Source: an uncultured virus (IMG/VR IMGVR_UViG_3300018421_000009) (taxonomy: Duplodnaviria; Heunggongvirae; Uroviricota; Caudoviricetes). Taken from it: 64,000 nt of DNA. A program made the translations under genes and the position numbers. The stretch is from the IMG/VR virus record IMGVR_UViG_3300018421_000009. One strand, given 5' to 3'. Positions 6,891-16,772 of the stretch are shown here, piece by piece; position 1 is the stretch's first letter, and every line of letters begins with the position of its first letter. The notes below the pieces were generated by a model, which was not told the DNA's origin, searched no databases, and was given only the letters and a program-made list of their open reading frames with translations.

Positions 6891-9395
6891 ATGGCAGTAA
6901 ATGTTGATATTCCAGGCGTAGGTAACGTACAAGCCCAAAATGCCGCAGAAGAAGCCACTCTTAAAGAGATATTAAGAGTTTTAAAAGGCCAAGGCAAAGG
7001 CGGTTTGGGTGGTGGCGGAGCAAGTAGCGGCGGTGGCGGAGCCGGCGGTAACCCCTCTCAGGTACTTACAGGACTTACTAAAGATCTAGGCAAGTTTAGT
7101 AAAGGTATCAAAGGCACTACTACTGCATTACAAGATTTTCAAGCAGGACTAAAATCTATAGGCGGTGCAATCCTTGACGGATTTATGAGTGTTGCTAGTT
7201 CTGCAATGAATTTGGGTAAAGAACTACTTGTTGGCGGAAATAGACTTAGTGACTTTGCCCAGCATATTCCGCTTGTTGGAAATGCACTCTCTGGATTACT
7301 AGGGATACTCGAAGGGCAAATCGACACTTGGCGAAGTTTATCTGAAGTAGGTGCTTCGTTTGGTAACGACATTGCAAAAATGAACCTTGCCGCGGCCAAT
7401 GCAGGTCTGGGCATGGAAAAATTTGCAGAGTTTGTTGGTGGCAACTCTGAAAGAATGCAGTTCTTAGGAGGCACAGTTACTGAAGGTGCTAGTCAATTTG
7501 GTTCGTTAATTAAAAATGTAAGAAACAGTGAAAAAGGATTCTTTGGTATGGGTTATACCATGGAATCATTAAACGAACACACTGCTGAATATATTGAAAT
7601 GCAGGCACGTCAAGGTAGACTTGCTGGAATGAGCCAAGCAGAACTACAAGCAGGATCAGAAGCATATCTAGAACAAATTGATCAACTTGCTAAAGTAACA
7701 GGTAAATCACGTAAAGAAGCAGAAGCACTATTAAAACAACAACAAGAAGAAGCAAATATACTTGTTCTTAAATCAAAGTTAGAAGGACAAAATCTTAAAA
7801 ACTTTGAAAATAATATGGCTTTTGTTCAATCAGAACTACCAGGTTTCGCTAATGCGTTCGGCGACTTAGCAGACGGTGTAGCACAAACACCATTAGGTCA
7901 AATGTTAGCGGCCAACGTTGATGGGTTGAGTGAACTCCAAGAACAAATGGGCCGAGGTGAAATTGGTCAAGAAGAATATCAAAAGAGATTAAAAGATTTA
8001 ATGCCACGAATTGTAGAATTTGCTGATGGCATGGGAGCGGCTGGTGTATCTGCACTAGCAGGCAAAGCAGGCATGGGCGAGTTGCTTAATGGTTTAAGTG
8101 ACACTAAAAAATTCTTAAGTAAATCCTACGATTTTAAACAAGCAGAAAAAGAACAAAAGGATAGAGAAAAAGTTACAGAAAATCTTGCTAACATGGAAAA
8201 CGCCATTGAAGGTGCAAGAGCCCAGTTAATGAAAACTTTCCTTGAAAGTGGGTTGTTCCAAAACTTACAAAAATACATGGGCGACTTCTTAGGTTGGTTT
8301 ACTGACAAAGGCGAAAACGGCATGAGCAAGATGGACGAATTCTTGCAAGAAGGATTAAAATGGGCCGAGGACTTTATGAAGTGGGTTAAAGGTGCTTGGG
8401 CAGATGCTGAAGGAACTAACATTGTACAAAAATTACAATCGTTCCTAGGTAAACTTTGGGAAGAAAAAATTAGTCCAGGTCTAGGAGCGATGTGGGACGG
8501 ATTAATGGAGTCAATAGGTCCTAAACTTAGTGAATACTTTGTTAGTGCTATTGTTGGACTACTTGGTGCGTTTGCCGGGGTTGCGTTATCTATGATGTTA
8601 GGTGCTGTCATTGGCCCAATAATTGCACCATTCCTTGCTATTGCTGGCGCACTAGCCGCAATATTTGGTTGGGAAACTATTAAAGAATGGTTTGGCGCGG
8701 CATGGGATATGTTGAAAGGTGTATTCGAATGGATTGGAAATACTGCATCAGCACTCTGGGACGTAATCAAACCTTTGATTAGTGCAATCTGGGATATTTA
8801 CAAAGGAATGTTTGGATGGATTGGAGATACATTCAGTTGGTTATGGGATAAAATTGAGCCAATTATTAGTCCAATTGTAGACGGATTAATGACTATGTTT
8901 GGTTGGATTGGCGATACCATTGGTTGGGTTTGGAACAAATTGAAAAAACTAAATCCGTTAAATTGGTTTGGCGGCGATGACGAAGACGAACTTGAAAAAG
9001 CCGAAGAGAAGAAAAGGAAAAAATTATCAGAATCTGTAGGTGGTAAACCAAGAGCCCTTACAATGGACGAAGTAGCAGGTATGTCTCCAGCGGAGATTAA
9101 TGCACTAGTTGACCAAGGGTATACTGTACCAAAAACTGGAAATGATAGACCTACTAGACCAACAGCAAATGCAAATACAGTACTCGCAAAAGATGAAACT
9201 AAAATGCCTGAGGTTAAAAAACCTTCAATGCCAGATAACAGCCAGACTGGAGCCGAGGCTATACAAACTGCGGTAAATAGTAATGCAGATTTATCACAAT
9301 TGGTTGCATTAATGGCTGAATCCAATAGATTATCAGCAAAAAATAACGCTTTAACAAGAGCATTGATGAACGATATGTTAAAAGGCGCACTATAA
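6891..9395 (+). CDS. Tail tape measure protein
   Basis: 834 aa, helical and Ala/Gly-rich, with two hydrophobic segments followed by periodic Trp repeats (WIGDT...LWD.IKP); next to the chaperone gene. Confidence 0.75.
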   Translation: MAVNVDIPGVGNVQAQNAAEEATLKEILRVLKGQGKGGLGGGGASSGGGGAGGNPSQVLTGLTKDLGKFSKGIKGTTTALQDFQAGLKSIGGAILDGFMSVASSAMNLGKELLVGGNRLSDFAQHIPLVGNALSGLLGILEGQIDTWRSLSEVGASFGNDIAKMNLAAANAGLGMEKFAEFVGGNSERMQFLGGTVTEGASQFGSLIKNVRNSEKGFFGMGYTMESLNEHTAEYIEMQARQGRLAGMSQAELQAGSEAYLEQIDQLAKVTGKSRKEAEALLKQQQEEANILVLKSKLEGQNLKNFENNMAFVQSELPGFANAFGDLADGVAQTPLGQMLAANVDGLSELQEQMGRGEIGQEEYQKRLKDLMPRIVEFADGMGAAGVSALAGKAGMGELLNGLSDTKKFLSKSYDFKQAEKEQKDREKVTENLANMENAIEGARAQLMKTFLESGLFQNLQKYMGDFLGWFTDKGENGMSKMDEFLQEGLKWAEDFMKWVKGAWADAEGTNIVQKLQSFLGKLWEEKISPGLGAMWDGLMESIGPKLSEYFVSAIVGLLGAFAGVALSMMLGAVIGPIIAPFLAIAGALAAIFGWETIKEWFGAAWDMLKGVFEWIGNTASALWDVIKPLISAIWDIYKGMFGWIGDTFSWLWDKIEPIISPIVDGLMTMFGWIGDTIGWVWNKLKKLNPLNWFGGDDEDELEKAEEKKRKKLSESVGGKPRALTMDEVAGMSPAEINALVDQGYTVPKTGNDRPTRPTANANTVLAKDETKMPEVKKPSMPDNSQTGAEAIQTAVNSNADLSQLVALMAESNRLSAKNNALTRALMNDMLKGAL

Positions 9396-11162
9396 ATGAG
9401 TTGGAAAAGATATTTTACAAATGCCCCTGTCGATAATAATGGCATGGGGAATATGAGTCCATTTAGTGGACAAGGCGGAACCGAACCAGGTCCTGCACGA
9501 TCAAATTATTCATCGTACCTACCGGACGTTTATGTAGGTTCACCTAACCGTGTTGAACGTTACGGCCAATACAATGTAATGGATAACGATTCAGAAGTTA
9601 ATGCGGCACTAGATATTTTAGCAGAGTTTTGCTCACAGAAAAATCCAACTAACGAAACTAATTTTCATTTACACTTTAATAAACAAGCAACTAATTCAGA
9701 AGTAAAAATTCTAAGTCAATACTTGTTACAGTGGAGTAAACTGCAAAAGTTTGACACTAAAATGTTCCGCATTTTACGTAATGTATTCAAATACGGTGAT
9801 GCATTCTTTGTAAGAGATCCAGAAACTAAAAAATGGTATCATGTTGATCCTGCAAAAGTTTCACGTATTATTGTAAACGAATCCGACGGTAAAAAGCCTG
9901 AACAATATATTATTAAAGATATTAACTTTAACTTTAGAGATCAAGTAATTACTGATCCATATGTTACATCAGGAAATGTAACAGGCGGCGGTGCTTCACA
10001 ACCAAGTACAGGTTATCAAGCAGGCGGATCACAAGGTATGGTAGGTAATGTTGGTTCGTCACAGTCCGGATCAAGATTTACAACAAATCAACAAGAGTAT
10101 GCAATTGACGCAGAACACGTTATACACTTGTCACTATCAGAAGGATTAGATAACAACTATCCATTTGGTAACTCACTGTTAGAATCTATTTTTAAAGTTT
10201 ACAAACAAAAAGAATTACTTGAAGATGCTATTATCATTTACCGTACACAAAGAGCACCAGAAAGACGTGTGTTCTACATTGACGTGGGTAATATGCCATC
10301 ACACTTAGCAATGCAATTTGTTGAGCGTGTTAAAACAGAAATTCATCAAAGACGTATTCCATCAGCAACTGGTGGTTCAACAAGTGTTATTGATAGTGCG
10401 TACAATCCATTATCAACAAACGAAGATTACTTCTTCCCACAAACAGCAGAAGGACGTGGATCTAAAGTTGAAACATTGCCAGGTGGTACTAACCTAGGTG
10501 AAATTGATGACTTAAAATACTTTACTAATAAACTTATTAGAGGTTTACGTATTCCTAGTTCTTATTTGCCTACAGCGGCACAAGACGAAGGACAAAGTCA
10601 GTACAATGATGGTAGAGTTGGTACAGCATATATTCAAGAACTACGTTTTAACAAATACTGTGAACGTTTACAAAATCTAGTTATTGAACAATTTAATCAA
10701 GAGTTTAAACGTTACTTGTTAGAAAAAGGTATGAACGTAGACATTAGTATGTTTGATGTTCAACTACAAGAACCAATGAACTTTGCTTCTTACAGACAAT
10801 CAGAACTTGACAATGTAAGAATTCCAACCTTTACACAAATTCAAGCAGTACCTTTCTTATCTAATAGATTTGCACTACAACGTTTCTTAGGACTAAGTGC
10901 AGAAGAAGTTGCAGAAAACGAAAGACTATGGCGTGAAGAAAATGATGAAAACTTAACTCCACTACCAACTGAAGCCGCTGGTGAGATGCGTGGCGTAGGT
11001 ATTAGTGGTGCAGGTATGGATGCTGATGTAGGTGGCGCTGAAGATGTTGATCCAAATGCTGAACCGGCTCCAGTTGATGGCGGTGCAGGTGCTCCACCAG
11101 ATACAACAACAGGTACACCATTAGGTGGTGGCGCAGGCGGCGCAACGCCTCCAGCACAATAG
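9396..11162 (+). CDS. gp20: Portal vertex protein
   Basis: LLEDAIIIYR..RAPERRVFYIDVGNMP, EDYFFP...GRGSKVETLPGG.NLGEIDD..YF: T4 gp20 motifs. Confidence 0.96.
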   Translation: MSWKRYFTNAPVDNNGMGNMSPFSGQGGTEPGPARSNYSSYLPDVYVGSPNRVERYGQYNVMDNDSEVNAALDILAEFCSQKNPTNETNFHLHFNKQATNSEVKILSQYLLQWSKLQKFDTKMFRILRNVFKYGDAFFVRDPETKKWYHVDPAKVSRIIVNESDGKKPEQYIIKDINFNFRDQVITDPYVTSGNVTGGGASQPSTGYQAGGSQGMVGNVGSSQSGSRFTTNQQEYAIDAEHVIHLSLSEGLDNNYPFGNSLLESIFKVYKQKELLEDAIIIYRTQRAPERRVFYIDVGNMPSHLAMQFVERVKTEIHQRRIPSATGGSTSVIDSAYNPLSTNEDYFFPQTAEGRGSKVETLPGGTNLGEIDDLKYFTNKLIRGLRIPSSYLPTAAQDEGQSQYNDGRVGTAYIQELRFNKYCERLQNLVIEQFNQEFKRYLLEKGMNVDISMFDVQLQEPMNFASYRQSELDNVRIPTFTQIQAVPFLSNRFALQRFLGLSAEEVAENERLWREENDENLTPLPTEAAGEMRGVGISGAGMDADVGGAEDVDPNAEPAPVDGGAGAPPDTTTGTPLGGGAGGATPPAQ

Positions 11163-11175
11163 GATAAATAGTTTT

Positions 11176-11415
11176 ATGATACTACGTGAGTTTTATTATT
11201 TTGATAAAGAAACAATGGAACCGGTCGAAGACAAGTCTTACGATCCGAGAGATGACGAGTCTATTGTTGATGACTCTGACACACGTAAAACACGCCTAAC
11301 GCTACGTCAAATTAACAAAGCAAGACGAGCATCAGAATACCATAACGAAGAACAGAAAAAAGAATTACATTTTGTAAGACAAATGTATGGAATTGCATCT
11401 CAACCTGAAGTATAA
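11176..11415 (+). CDS. Small head-module protein (start MILRE at 11176)
   Basis: TAAATA 5 nt upstream of the ATG; DTRKTRLTLRQINKAR; lies directly after portal. Confidence 0.7.
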   Translation: MILREFYYFDKETMEPVEDKSYDPRDDESIVDDSDTRKTRLTLRQINKARRASEYHNEEQKKELHFVRQMYGIASQPEV

Positions 11416-11424
11416 GGTGATGGT

Positions 11425-12021
11425 ATGTCAACAGCGTTTGTGCTAGGCAACGGAACTAGCAGAAAACCTATACAGTTAGAACCCCTTAAACAGTTTGGAA
11501 AAGTATATGCCTGTAATGCAGTTTACAGAGACTTTGAACCTGACTATCTAATTGCTGTAGATGCCAAAATGGTGCTAGAAATAGCAAAAACGGGTTGGCA
11601 ACAAACACATAAAGTATACACTAACCACAGCAAAACCTTTAAAGATATCCGCGGATTACACATAATGAACCCGTCAAAAGGCTGGAGTTCAGGACCTACA
11701 GCACTAGACTTAGCAACAGAGCACGGACACGAAGTTATATATATTTTAGGGTTTGATTTTAAAGGAACTACAGGTAGCGGCGACGGTGGCGATAAAGTTA
11801 ATAACCTATTTGCAGGCACTTTAAACTATAAAAGACCTACTGATCCTGCTACATATTTTGGCAACTGGGAACGCCAAGTTGGCATTATATTGCAAAGAAA
11901 TAGCAGAAAGAGATATATAAGAGTAGTACCAGAAGGAGAGATTTTTATCCCTAAAAGTTTAACTAATTTTGGCAACTTAACACATATGACAGTAGATGAA
12001 TTTATACGAAAATTCAACTAA
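11425..12021 (+). CDS. DUF115/Maf-like (sialyltransferase-fold) putative glycosyltransferase
   Basis: VLGNGTS, ACNAVY...PDYLIAVD, SSG..A..LA...G..VIYILGFD motif pattern. Confidence 0.55.
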   Translation: MSTAFVLGNGTSRKPIQLEPLKQFGKVYACNAVYRDFEPDYLIAVDAKMVLEIAKTGWQQTHKVYTNHSKTFKDIRGLHIMNPSKGWSSGPTALDLATEHGHEVIYILGFDFKGTTGSGDGGDKVNNLFAGTLNYKRPTDPATYFGNWERQVGIILQRNSRKRYIRVVPEGEIFIPKSLTNFGNLTHMTVDEFIRKFN

Positions 12022-12137
12022 AATCACACTCGGGTTTCAAAAACTCGCATTTTGAGCCTATTTTCCACGTATATTTCTAATAATATGTAAATATTATTGA
12101 CAGCCTTACCATATTTAAACTTATAGGAGGATCTAAA

Positions 12138-13130
12138 ATGGCAGACCGTAATAAATTCGAGGAAATGCTCGAAAAATTAGTCAATGAAGATCGCAAAGGT
12201 GCAGAAGAACTGTTCCATGAGATTGTAGTTGAAAAATCCAGACAAATTTATGAAAATCTTTTAGAAGATGATCTAGAAGAGTTAGACGTTGCTGAAGAAA
12301 AAGACGAAGAAGTTGATGAGTCTTCAGACGACGAAGAAACTAACGAAGCAACTGACGAAGAAGTTGATGAGTCTTCAGATGATGAAGAAGTTGATGAAGC
12401 AAAAGACGAAGAAGTTGACGAATCAGATGATGAAGAAGTTGACGAATCTTCAGACGATGAAGAAGTTGCAGAAGATATTCCAGTAGAATTAACCCCTGAA
12501 GCAGGCGATGACATGGGCGGTGACCCAACAGATGACATGATGTCTGATATTGAAGGTGGTGACGAAGAAGGCGACGACGAAGGCGGCGAAGAAGAAATTG
12601 AAGACCGTGTTGTTGACTTAGAAGATGCTCTTGATGACCTTAAGGCAGAATTTGAAAAAATGATGTCAGATAAAGGCGGCGATGAAGATGAAGGCGAAGG
12701 CGACGACGCTGAAATGGACATGGGCGACGAAGAAGGTGATGAAGAAGCAGAGGAAGAGGCGATTGATCCTACTTCCGAACTTGCTGTAGACGCAGTACCA
12801 GCATATGAAGGAACTAAATCACAATCAGAAATGATGCGTGAGTACGTAAACAAAGTTTCTTCTCCTTCTAACTCAGAAGGTGCAGACAATAAAAAATCTG
12901 TAGTTGCTAATAAAAACGATATGGGCGGTACTACTGCTAATATCGCAAAAGGTGAAGATGCAAAAGAATCTGCTAAAGCAGACTCTGCAAAAGAAGATAA
13001 CGCAGGTAACGTAAACGTTCCAGGCGGCAAAGCATCTAAATCGATGACTGCAAACAGCAAAGGCCACGGCGCTGAGAAAAAAGGCGCAGGCGAAAAAGGT
13101 GTTGACAAGAAATCTGTTGTTGGCTCCTAA
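12138..13130 (+). CDS. Highly acidic prohead core protein (gp67/68-like role)
   Basis: Strong SD ggagg; Asp/Glu-rich; repeated DEEVDE; lies between portal and protease. Confidence 0.7.
   Translation: MADRNKFEEMLEKLVNEDRKGAEELFHEIVVEKSRQIYENLLEDDLEELDVAEEKDEEVDESSDDEETNEATDEEVDESSDDEEVDEAKDEEVDESDDEEVDESSDDEEVAEDIPVELTPEAGDDMGGDPTDDMMSDIEGGDEEGDDEGGEEEIEDRVVDLEDALDDLKAEFEKMMSDKGGDEDEGEGDDAEMDMGDEEGDEEAEEEAIDPTSELAVDAVPAYEGTKSQSEMMREYVNKVSSPSNSEGADNKKSVVANKNDMGGTTANIAKGEDAKESAKADSAKEDNAGNVNVPGGKASKSMTANSKGHGAEKKGAGEKGVDKKSVVGS
12303..12470 (+). repeat. Imperfect coding tandem repeats (gacgaagaagttgatga..., DEEVDES)
   Basis: About six units of D-E-E-V-D/A-E. Confidence 0.85.
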
Positions 13131-13145
13131 TTGAGGACTTGTTAA

Positions 13146-13769
13146 ATGATGACAAACCATTTACGTGAGAACTTGACATTCGACCAGGCAAAATTGGTCC
13201 TTGAGTCTACTAATGAAGGTAAAGACCTTCACTTAAAAGGCATCTGCATTCAAGGTGGCGTTCGTAACGCTAACCAACGTGTATATCCTGTAAGCGAAAT
13301 TAGTAGGGCTGTCAATACTCTCAACGATCAGATTAGCGGAGGTTATAGTGTTCTCGGCGAGGTTGATCATCCAGAAGGACTCAATATTAACCTAGACCGT
13401 GTTTCTCATATGATTACTGAGATGTGGATGGACGGTCCTAATGGTTACGGAAAACTTAAAATATTACCAACCCCTATGGGACAACTAGTTAAAACAATGC
13501 TTGAAAGCGGAGTAAAATTAGGAGTTTCATCAAGGGGCTCTGGTAACGTTAATGAGGAGAACAATGTGAGTGATTTCGAAATAATCACTGTAGACATTGT
13601 TGCCCAACCATCTGCTCCAGGTGCGTATCCAACACCGATTTACGAGCATTTGATGAATACCACAGGTGGGTATAAGGCATTTAATTTGGCTCGCGAAGTT
13701 CATGAAGATAAAAAGGCACAAAGATTTTTAAAAGAATCCTTAGTAAACATCATCAAAGGATTAAAATAA
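13146..13769 (+). CDS. gp21: Prohead protease
   Basis: NANQRVYP, LGEVDHP, ILPTPMG, GVSSRGSG, DIVAQPSAPGAY. Confidence 0.95.
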   Translation: MMTNHLRENLTFDQAKLVLESTNEGKDLHLKGICIQGGVRNANQRVYPVSEISRAVNTLNDQISGGYSVLGEVDHPEGLNINLDRVSHMITEMWMDGPNGYGKLKILPTPMGQLVKTMLESGVKLGVSSRGSGNVNEENNVSDFEIITVDIVAQPSAPGAYPTPIYEHLMNTTGGYKAFNLAREVHEDKKAQRFLKESLVNIIKGLK

Positions 13770-13779
13770 GGAGAACAAG

Positions 13780-14886
13780 ATGTTGGACGCACTGAAATCA
13801 CTCTTTGAAAACAATGCTATTTCAGAAGAAGTTAAAGCCGACATCGAAGAGGCATGGAATAATAGGGTTACAGAAAACCGTATGCAGGTAACAGCAGAAC
13901 TTCGCGAAGAGTTTGCACAAAAGTATGAGCACGACAAGGCCGTTATGGTTGAAGCCGTGGAAAAAATGCTTGATGACAAATTAAGTGAAGAAATTAAAGA
14001 ATTTGCTGATGACCGTTCCAAACTTGCTGAAGCGAGAGCAAAGTACCATGTAGCAATGCGTGAAAACGCAGATCTACTTAAAAACTTTGTTGTTTCTCAA
14101 CTTGGCAAAGAAGTCTCTGAACTACACGAAGACCAAAAAGCAATGTCAGAAAAATTTGGCAAACTTGAGGAATTTGTTGTAGAGGCTTTAGCAAAGGAAA
14201 TCGCAGAGTTCCACGAAGATAAAAAAGATCTTGCAGAAACAAAAGTTCGACTAATCCGTGAAGCAAAGAAACATCTTGACACTGTCAAAGAATCCTTCAT
14301 CAAGAAGGGTGCTAAAGTTGTTGAATCTACAGTTGCTAAAACGCTTTCTAAAGAGATTACTGCTCTTAAGGAAGACATTGATGCGGCTCGTAAGAACGAC
14401 TTTGGACGTAAACTATTTGAAACATTTGCAGAAGAGTATTCACATTCATATTTGAATGAGAAATCAGAAACTGCTAAATTGATGAAAGTAGTTGAGTTGA
14501 AAGATAAGCAATTAGCAGAAGCAAAAGCAACTGCTGAAGAAAAAACACGCTTAGTTGAATCTAAAGAAGCAGAAATTGCTTCTGAAAAAGATTCTGCAAA
14601 AAGAAAAGAATTAATTTCTGAGTTAACTGCACCTTTAAGCAGAGAACAGAAAGAGATTATGATAGACTTACTAGAGTCTGTACAAACTGCTAATATCCAA
14701 AAACAGTTTGACAAGTATCTACCATCAGTAATTGAAGGTAACACTCTGGCTAAGAAGAAGGCAACACTTACCGAGGCAATTGAAGTAACAGGCAATAAAG
14801 AAACTAACGTTAGTAACGGCGCAAGTAATTCTGCAACCATCGACAATGTTGTAGACATTAGACGACTTGCAGGATTAAACATATAA
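13780..14886 (+). CDS. gp22: Prohead scaffold (core) protein
   Basis: Long E/K-rich coiled coil between protease and capsid genes. Confidence 0.85.
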   Translation: MLDALKSLFENNAISEEVKADIEEAWNNRVTENRMQVTAELREEFAQKYEHDKAVMVEAVEKMLDDKLSEEIKEFADDRSKLAEARAKYHVAMRENADLLKNFVVSQLGKEVSELHEDQKAMSEKFGKLEEFVVEALAKEIAEFHEDKKDLAETKVRLIREAKKHLDTVKESFIKKGAKVVESTVAKTLSKEITALKEDIDAARKNDFGRKLFETFAEEYSHSYLNEKSETAKLMKVVELKDKQLAEAKATAEEKTRLVESKEAEIASEKDSAKRKELISELTAPLSREQKEIMIDLLESVQTANIQKQFDKYLPSVIEGNTLAKKKATLTEAIEVTGNKETNVSNGASNSATIDNVVDIRRLAGLNI

Positions 14887-14896
14887 GGAGAAAAAA

Positions 14897-16060
14897 ATGT
14901 CAGAACTATTAGAAAGTCGCTGGCAGGAAACCAAGAGCGCATTACTTGAAGGCCTTCAAGGCAACAAGAAGTCTGTTATGTCCGCTACTCTAGAAAATAC
15001 TAAAAAGTATTTGGCAGAGACAGCAACAGCAGGCGCTACTTCAGCAGGTAATGTTGCAACTCTTAACAGAGTTATCCTACCAGTAATTAGACGTGTTATG
15101 CCAACCGTCATTGCAAACGAAATCGTTGGTGTACAACCAATGACTGGCCCAGTTGGCCAAATTCACACTCTACGTGTACGTTATGCTGATACAGCAGACG
15201 ACGCAACAGCGGGTGAAGAGGCTTTATCACCATTCAAGTTAGCCCTAGGCTACTCAGGTGACGCGGCTGGCTCAGACGCAGGTAAAGCAGATGCTACTGC
15301 TTCTTTAGAAGGTACAGCAGGTAAGCGTTTGAACATCCAAATCTTGAAACAAACAGTTGAAGCGAAAACTCGTAAATTGAGTGCTCGTTGGACTTTTGAA
15401 TCAGCACAGGATGCTCAAGCACAGCAAGGCATCGACGTTGAAGCGGAAATTATGGCCGCTTTAGCACAAGAAATTACCGCAGAAATTGATCAAGAGGTGT
15501 TAGCATCTCTTAACTCTTTAGCACCATCTGAAGAGACTTACAATCAAGCGGCAGTTTCAGGTACGGCTACATTCGTAGGCGATGAACACGCGGCATTGGC
15601 TGTTCTTATTAACAGAGCGGCTAACAAGATCGCACAGCGTACAAGACGTGGCGCAGGTAACTGGGCTGTTGTGTCTCCACAGGCACTAACAATCCTACAA
15701 TCTGCTACTACTTCAGCGTTCGCTCGTACAACAGAAGGTACATTTGAAGCACCAACTAACACTAAGTTAGCAGGTACTTTAAACGGTGCTATGAAAATCT
15801 ACGTAAACGCTTATTCAGCAGATGATACTGCTGTTCTAGTTGGTTACAAAGGTTCATCTGAAGCAGATGCGGCGGCATTCTACTGCCCATACATTCCGTT
15901 AATGTCTTCAGGCGTTGTACTAGATCCATCTACTTTTGAACCAGTAGTAAGTTTCATGACAAGATATGGTTATGTTGAGTTAAACAACACAGCATCATCA
16001 CTTGGTAATGCGGCAGACTACTTGGCTAAAGTAGCGATCTCAAACGTAACATTCTCTTAA
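14897..16060 (+). CDS. gp23: Major capsid protein
   Basis: ILPVIRRVMP..IA.EIVGVQPMTGP.GQI, AKTRKLSARWT.E.AQD, EITAEID, FYCPYIPL, F.P...FMTRYG. Confidence 0.97.
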   Translation: MSELLESRWQETKSALLEGLQGNKKSVMSATLENTKKYLAETATAGATSAGNVATLNRVILPVIRRVMPTVIANEIVGVQPMTGPVGQIHTLRVRYADTADDATAGEEALSPFKLALGYSGDAAGSDAGKADATASLEGTAGKRLNIQILKQTVEAKTRKLSARWTFESAQDAQAQQGIDVEAEIMAALAQEITAEIDQEVLASLNSLAPSEETYNQAAVSGTATFVGDEHAALAVLINRAANKIAQRTRRGAGNWAVVSPQALTILQSATTSAFARTTEGTFEAPTNTKLAGTLNGAMKIYVNAYSADDTAVLVGYKGSSEADAAAFYCPYIPLMSSGVVLDPSTFEPVVSFMTRYGYVELNNTASSLGNAADYLAKVAISNVTFS

Positions 16061-16083
16061 TAGAGAACACGTAGCAAAACGGG

Positions 16084-16111
16084 AAAGGGCGGCTTCGGTC
16101 GCCCTTTTTTT
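16084..16111 (+). terminator. Rho-independent terminator after the capsid gene
   Basis: aaagggcggc-TTCG-gtcgcccttt followed by a T run. Confidence 0.92.
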
Positions 16112-16142
16112 ACGGTTGAATTCCGTGAACAAGGAAGCACAT

Positions 16143-16514
16143 ATGTTGGAGCATAAACATTTGATTATCAGAGCAGAAGTTGAAAAGCCAATAATTAATC
16201 GAAACAAGGCTCGCAAGTTTTTAAGAAGTCTAATTAAAAAAATCAACATGAAAGAACTATACGGTCCAGTTGCAAGTTATTGTAAAATGGCAGGCAACAG
16301 AGGGATCACAGCATTTGCAGTTATTGAAACAAGTCATCTAGCAATGCACATTTGGGATGAAGACAATCCTTCTTTAATCCAACTTGACGTTTATAGTTGT
16401 AGCAGTTTTGATCCAAGAACAGTATTTGATCACTTAGAAATAATGCAACCAGTTAAAGTAGATTATAAATTTTTGGACAGAGAAACGCAATTAATTCCTA
16501 TTTTGGACAAATAA
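16143..16514 (+). CDS. speD: S-adenosylmethionine decarboxylase proenzyme (pyruvoyl-dependent)
   Basis: HKHLII, GITAFAVIETSHLAMHIW.E, LDVYSC; likely start MLEHKH after aagga. Confidence 0.85.
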   Translation: MLEHKHLIIRAEVEKPIINRNKARKFLRSLIKKINMKELYGPVASYCKMAGNRGITAFAVIETSHLAMHIWDEDNPSLIQLDVYSCSSFDPRTVFDHLEIMQPVKVDYKFLDRETQLIPILDK

Positions 16515-16518
16515 ACGG

Positions 16519-16547
16519 TTGCTTTTTTCACAAACATTTGTTATATT
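16519..16547 (+). promoter_or_regulatory. Sigma70-type promoter: TTGCTT - 17 bp - (TG)TATATT
   Basis: -35 at 16519-16524, extended -10 at 16542-16547; no ORF downstream before the terminator. Confidence 0.7.
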
Positions 16548-16553
16548 AGTATT

Positions 16554-16772
16554 ATAAGCATTAGGAGATTAATTAACTCTTAATATTAGTGCAAGGAAGA
16601 GGCCTTTACCAGAAGGGTCTAACTTGACTAGCCAGGGGTGGTACCCAGGGTTTGTACTAGAAATAGGCAGGCTCACATCGCAGTCACTAGCGGGGTTAGG
16701 TTGTGCGGTTTAGGAATGGTATTCCGGTCCGTGCTTGGAGGTGTAACCAAGTCCTCCCTAATTTGCTTTACT
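16554..16772 (+). ncRNA. Free-standing structured ncRNA of unknown family
   Basis: GC-rich ORF-free unit between promoter and terminator, with multiple G-U-containing stems, a GAAA tetraloop and potential pseudoknots. Confidence 0.75.

Noticed and set aside
12032..12064. Hairpin gggtttcaaaa/ttttgagcct followed by atttt as a terminator
   Set aside because: Weak AT-rich bulged stem; not enough support to list.
12303..12470. Repeat array as CRISPR/TIGR-like
   Set aside because: In-frame degenerate coding repeats with no unique spacers.
12248..13108. 286-aa Ser-rich antisense ORF, and similar antisense ORFs at 8126, 8798, 14097, 25838 and 40409
   Set aside because: These are shadows of biased codon usage in the sense genes; no SD or promoter, and low-complexity products.
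16554..16772. RNase P RNA, tRNA or tmRNA identity
   Set aside because: It lacks GAGGAAAGUCC near the 5' end, a T-loop GTTCRA and a CCA end, so it is left as an unknown ncRNA.
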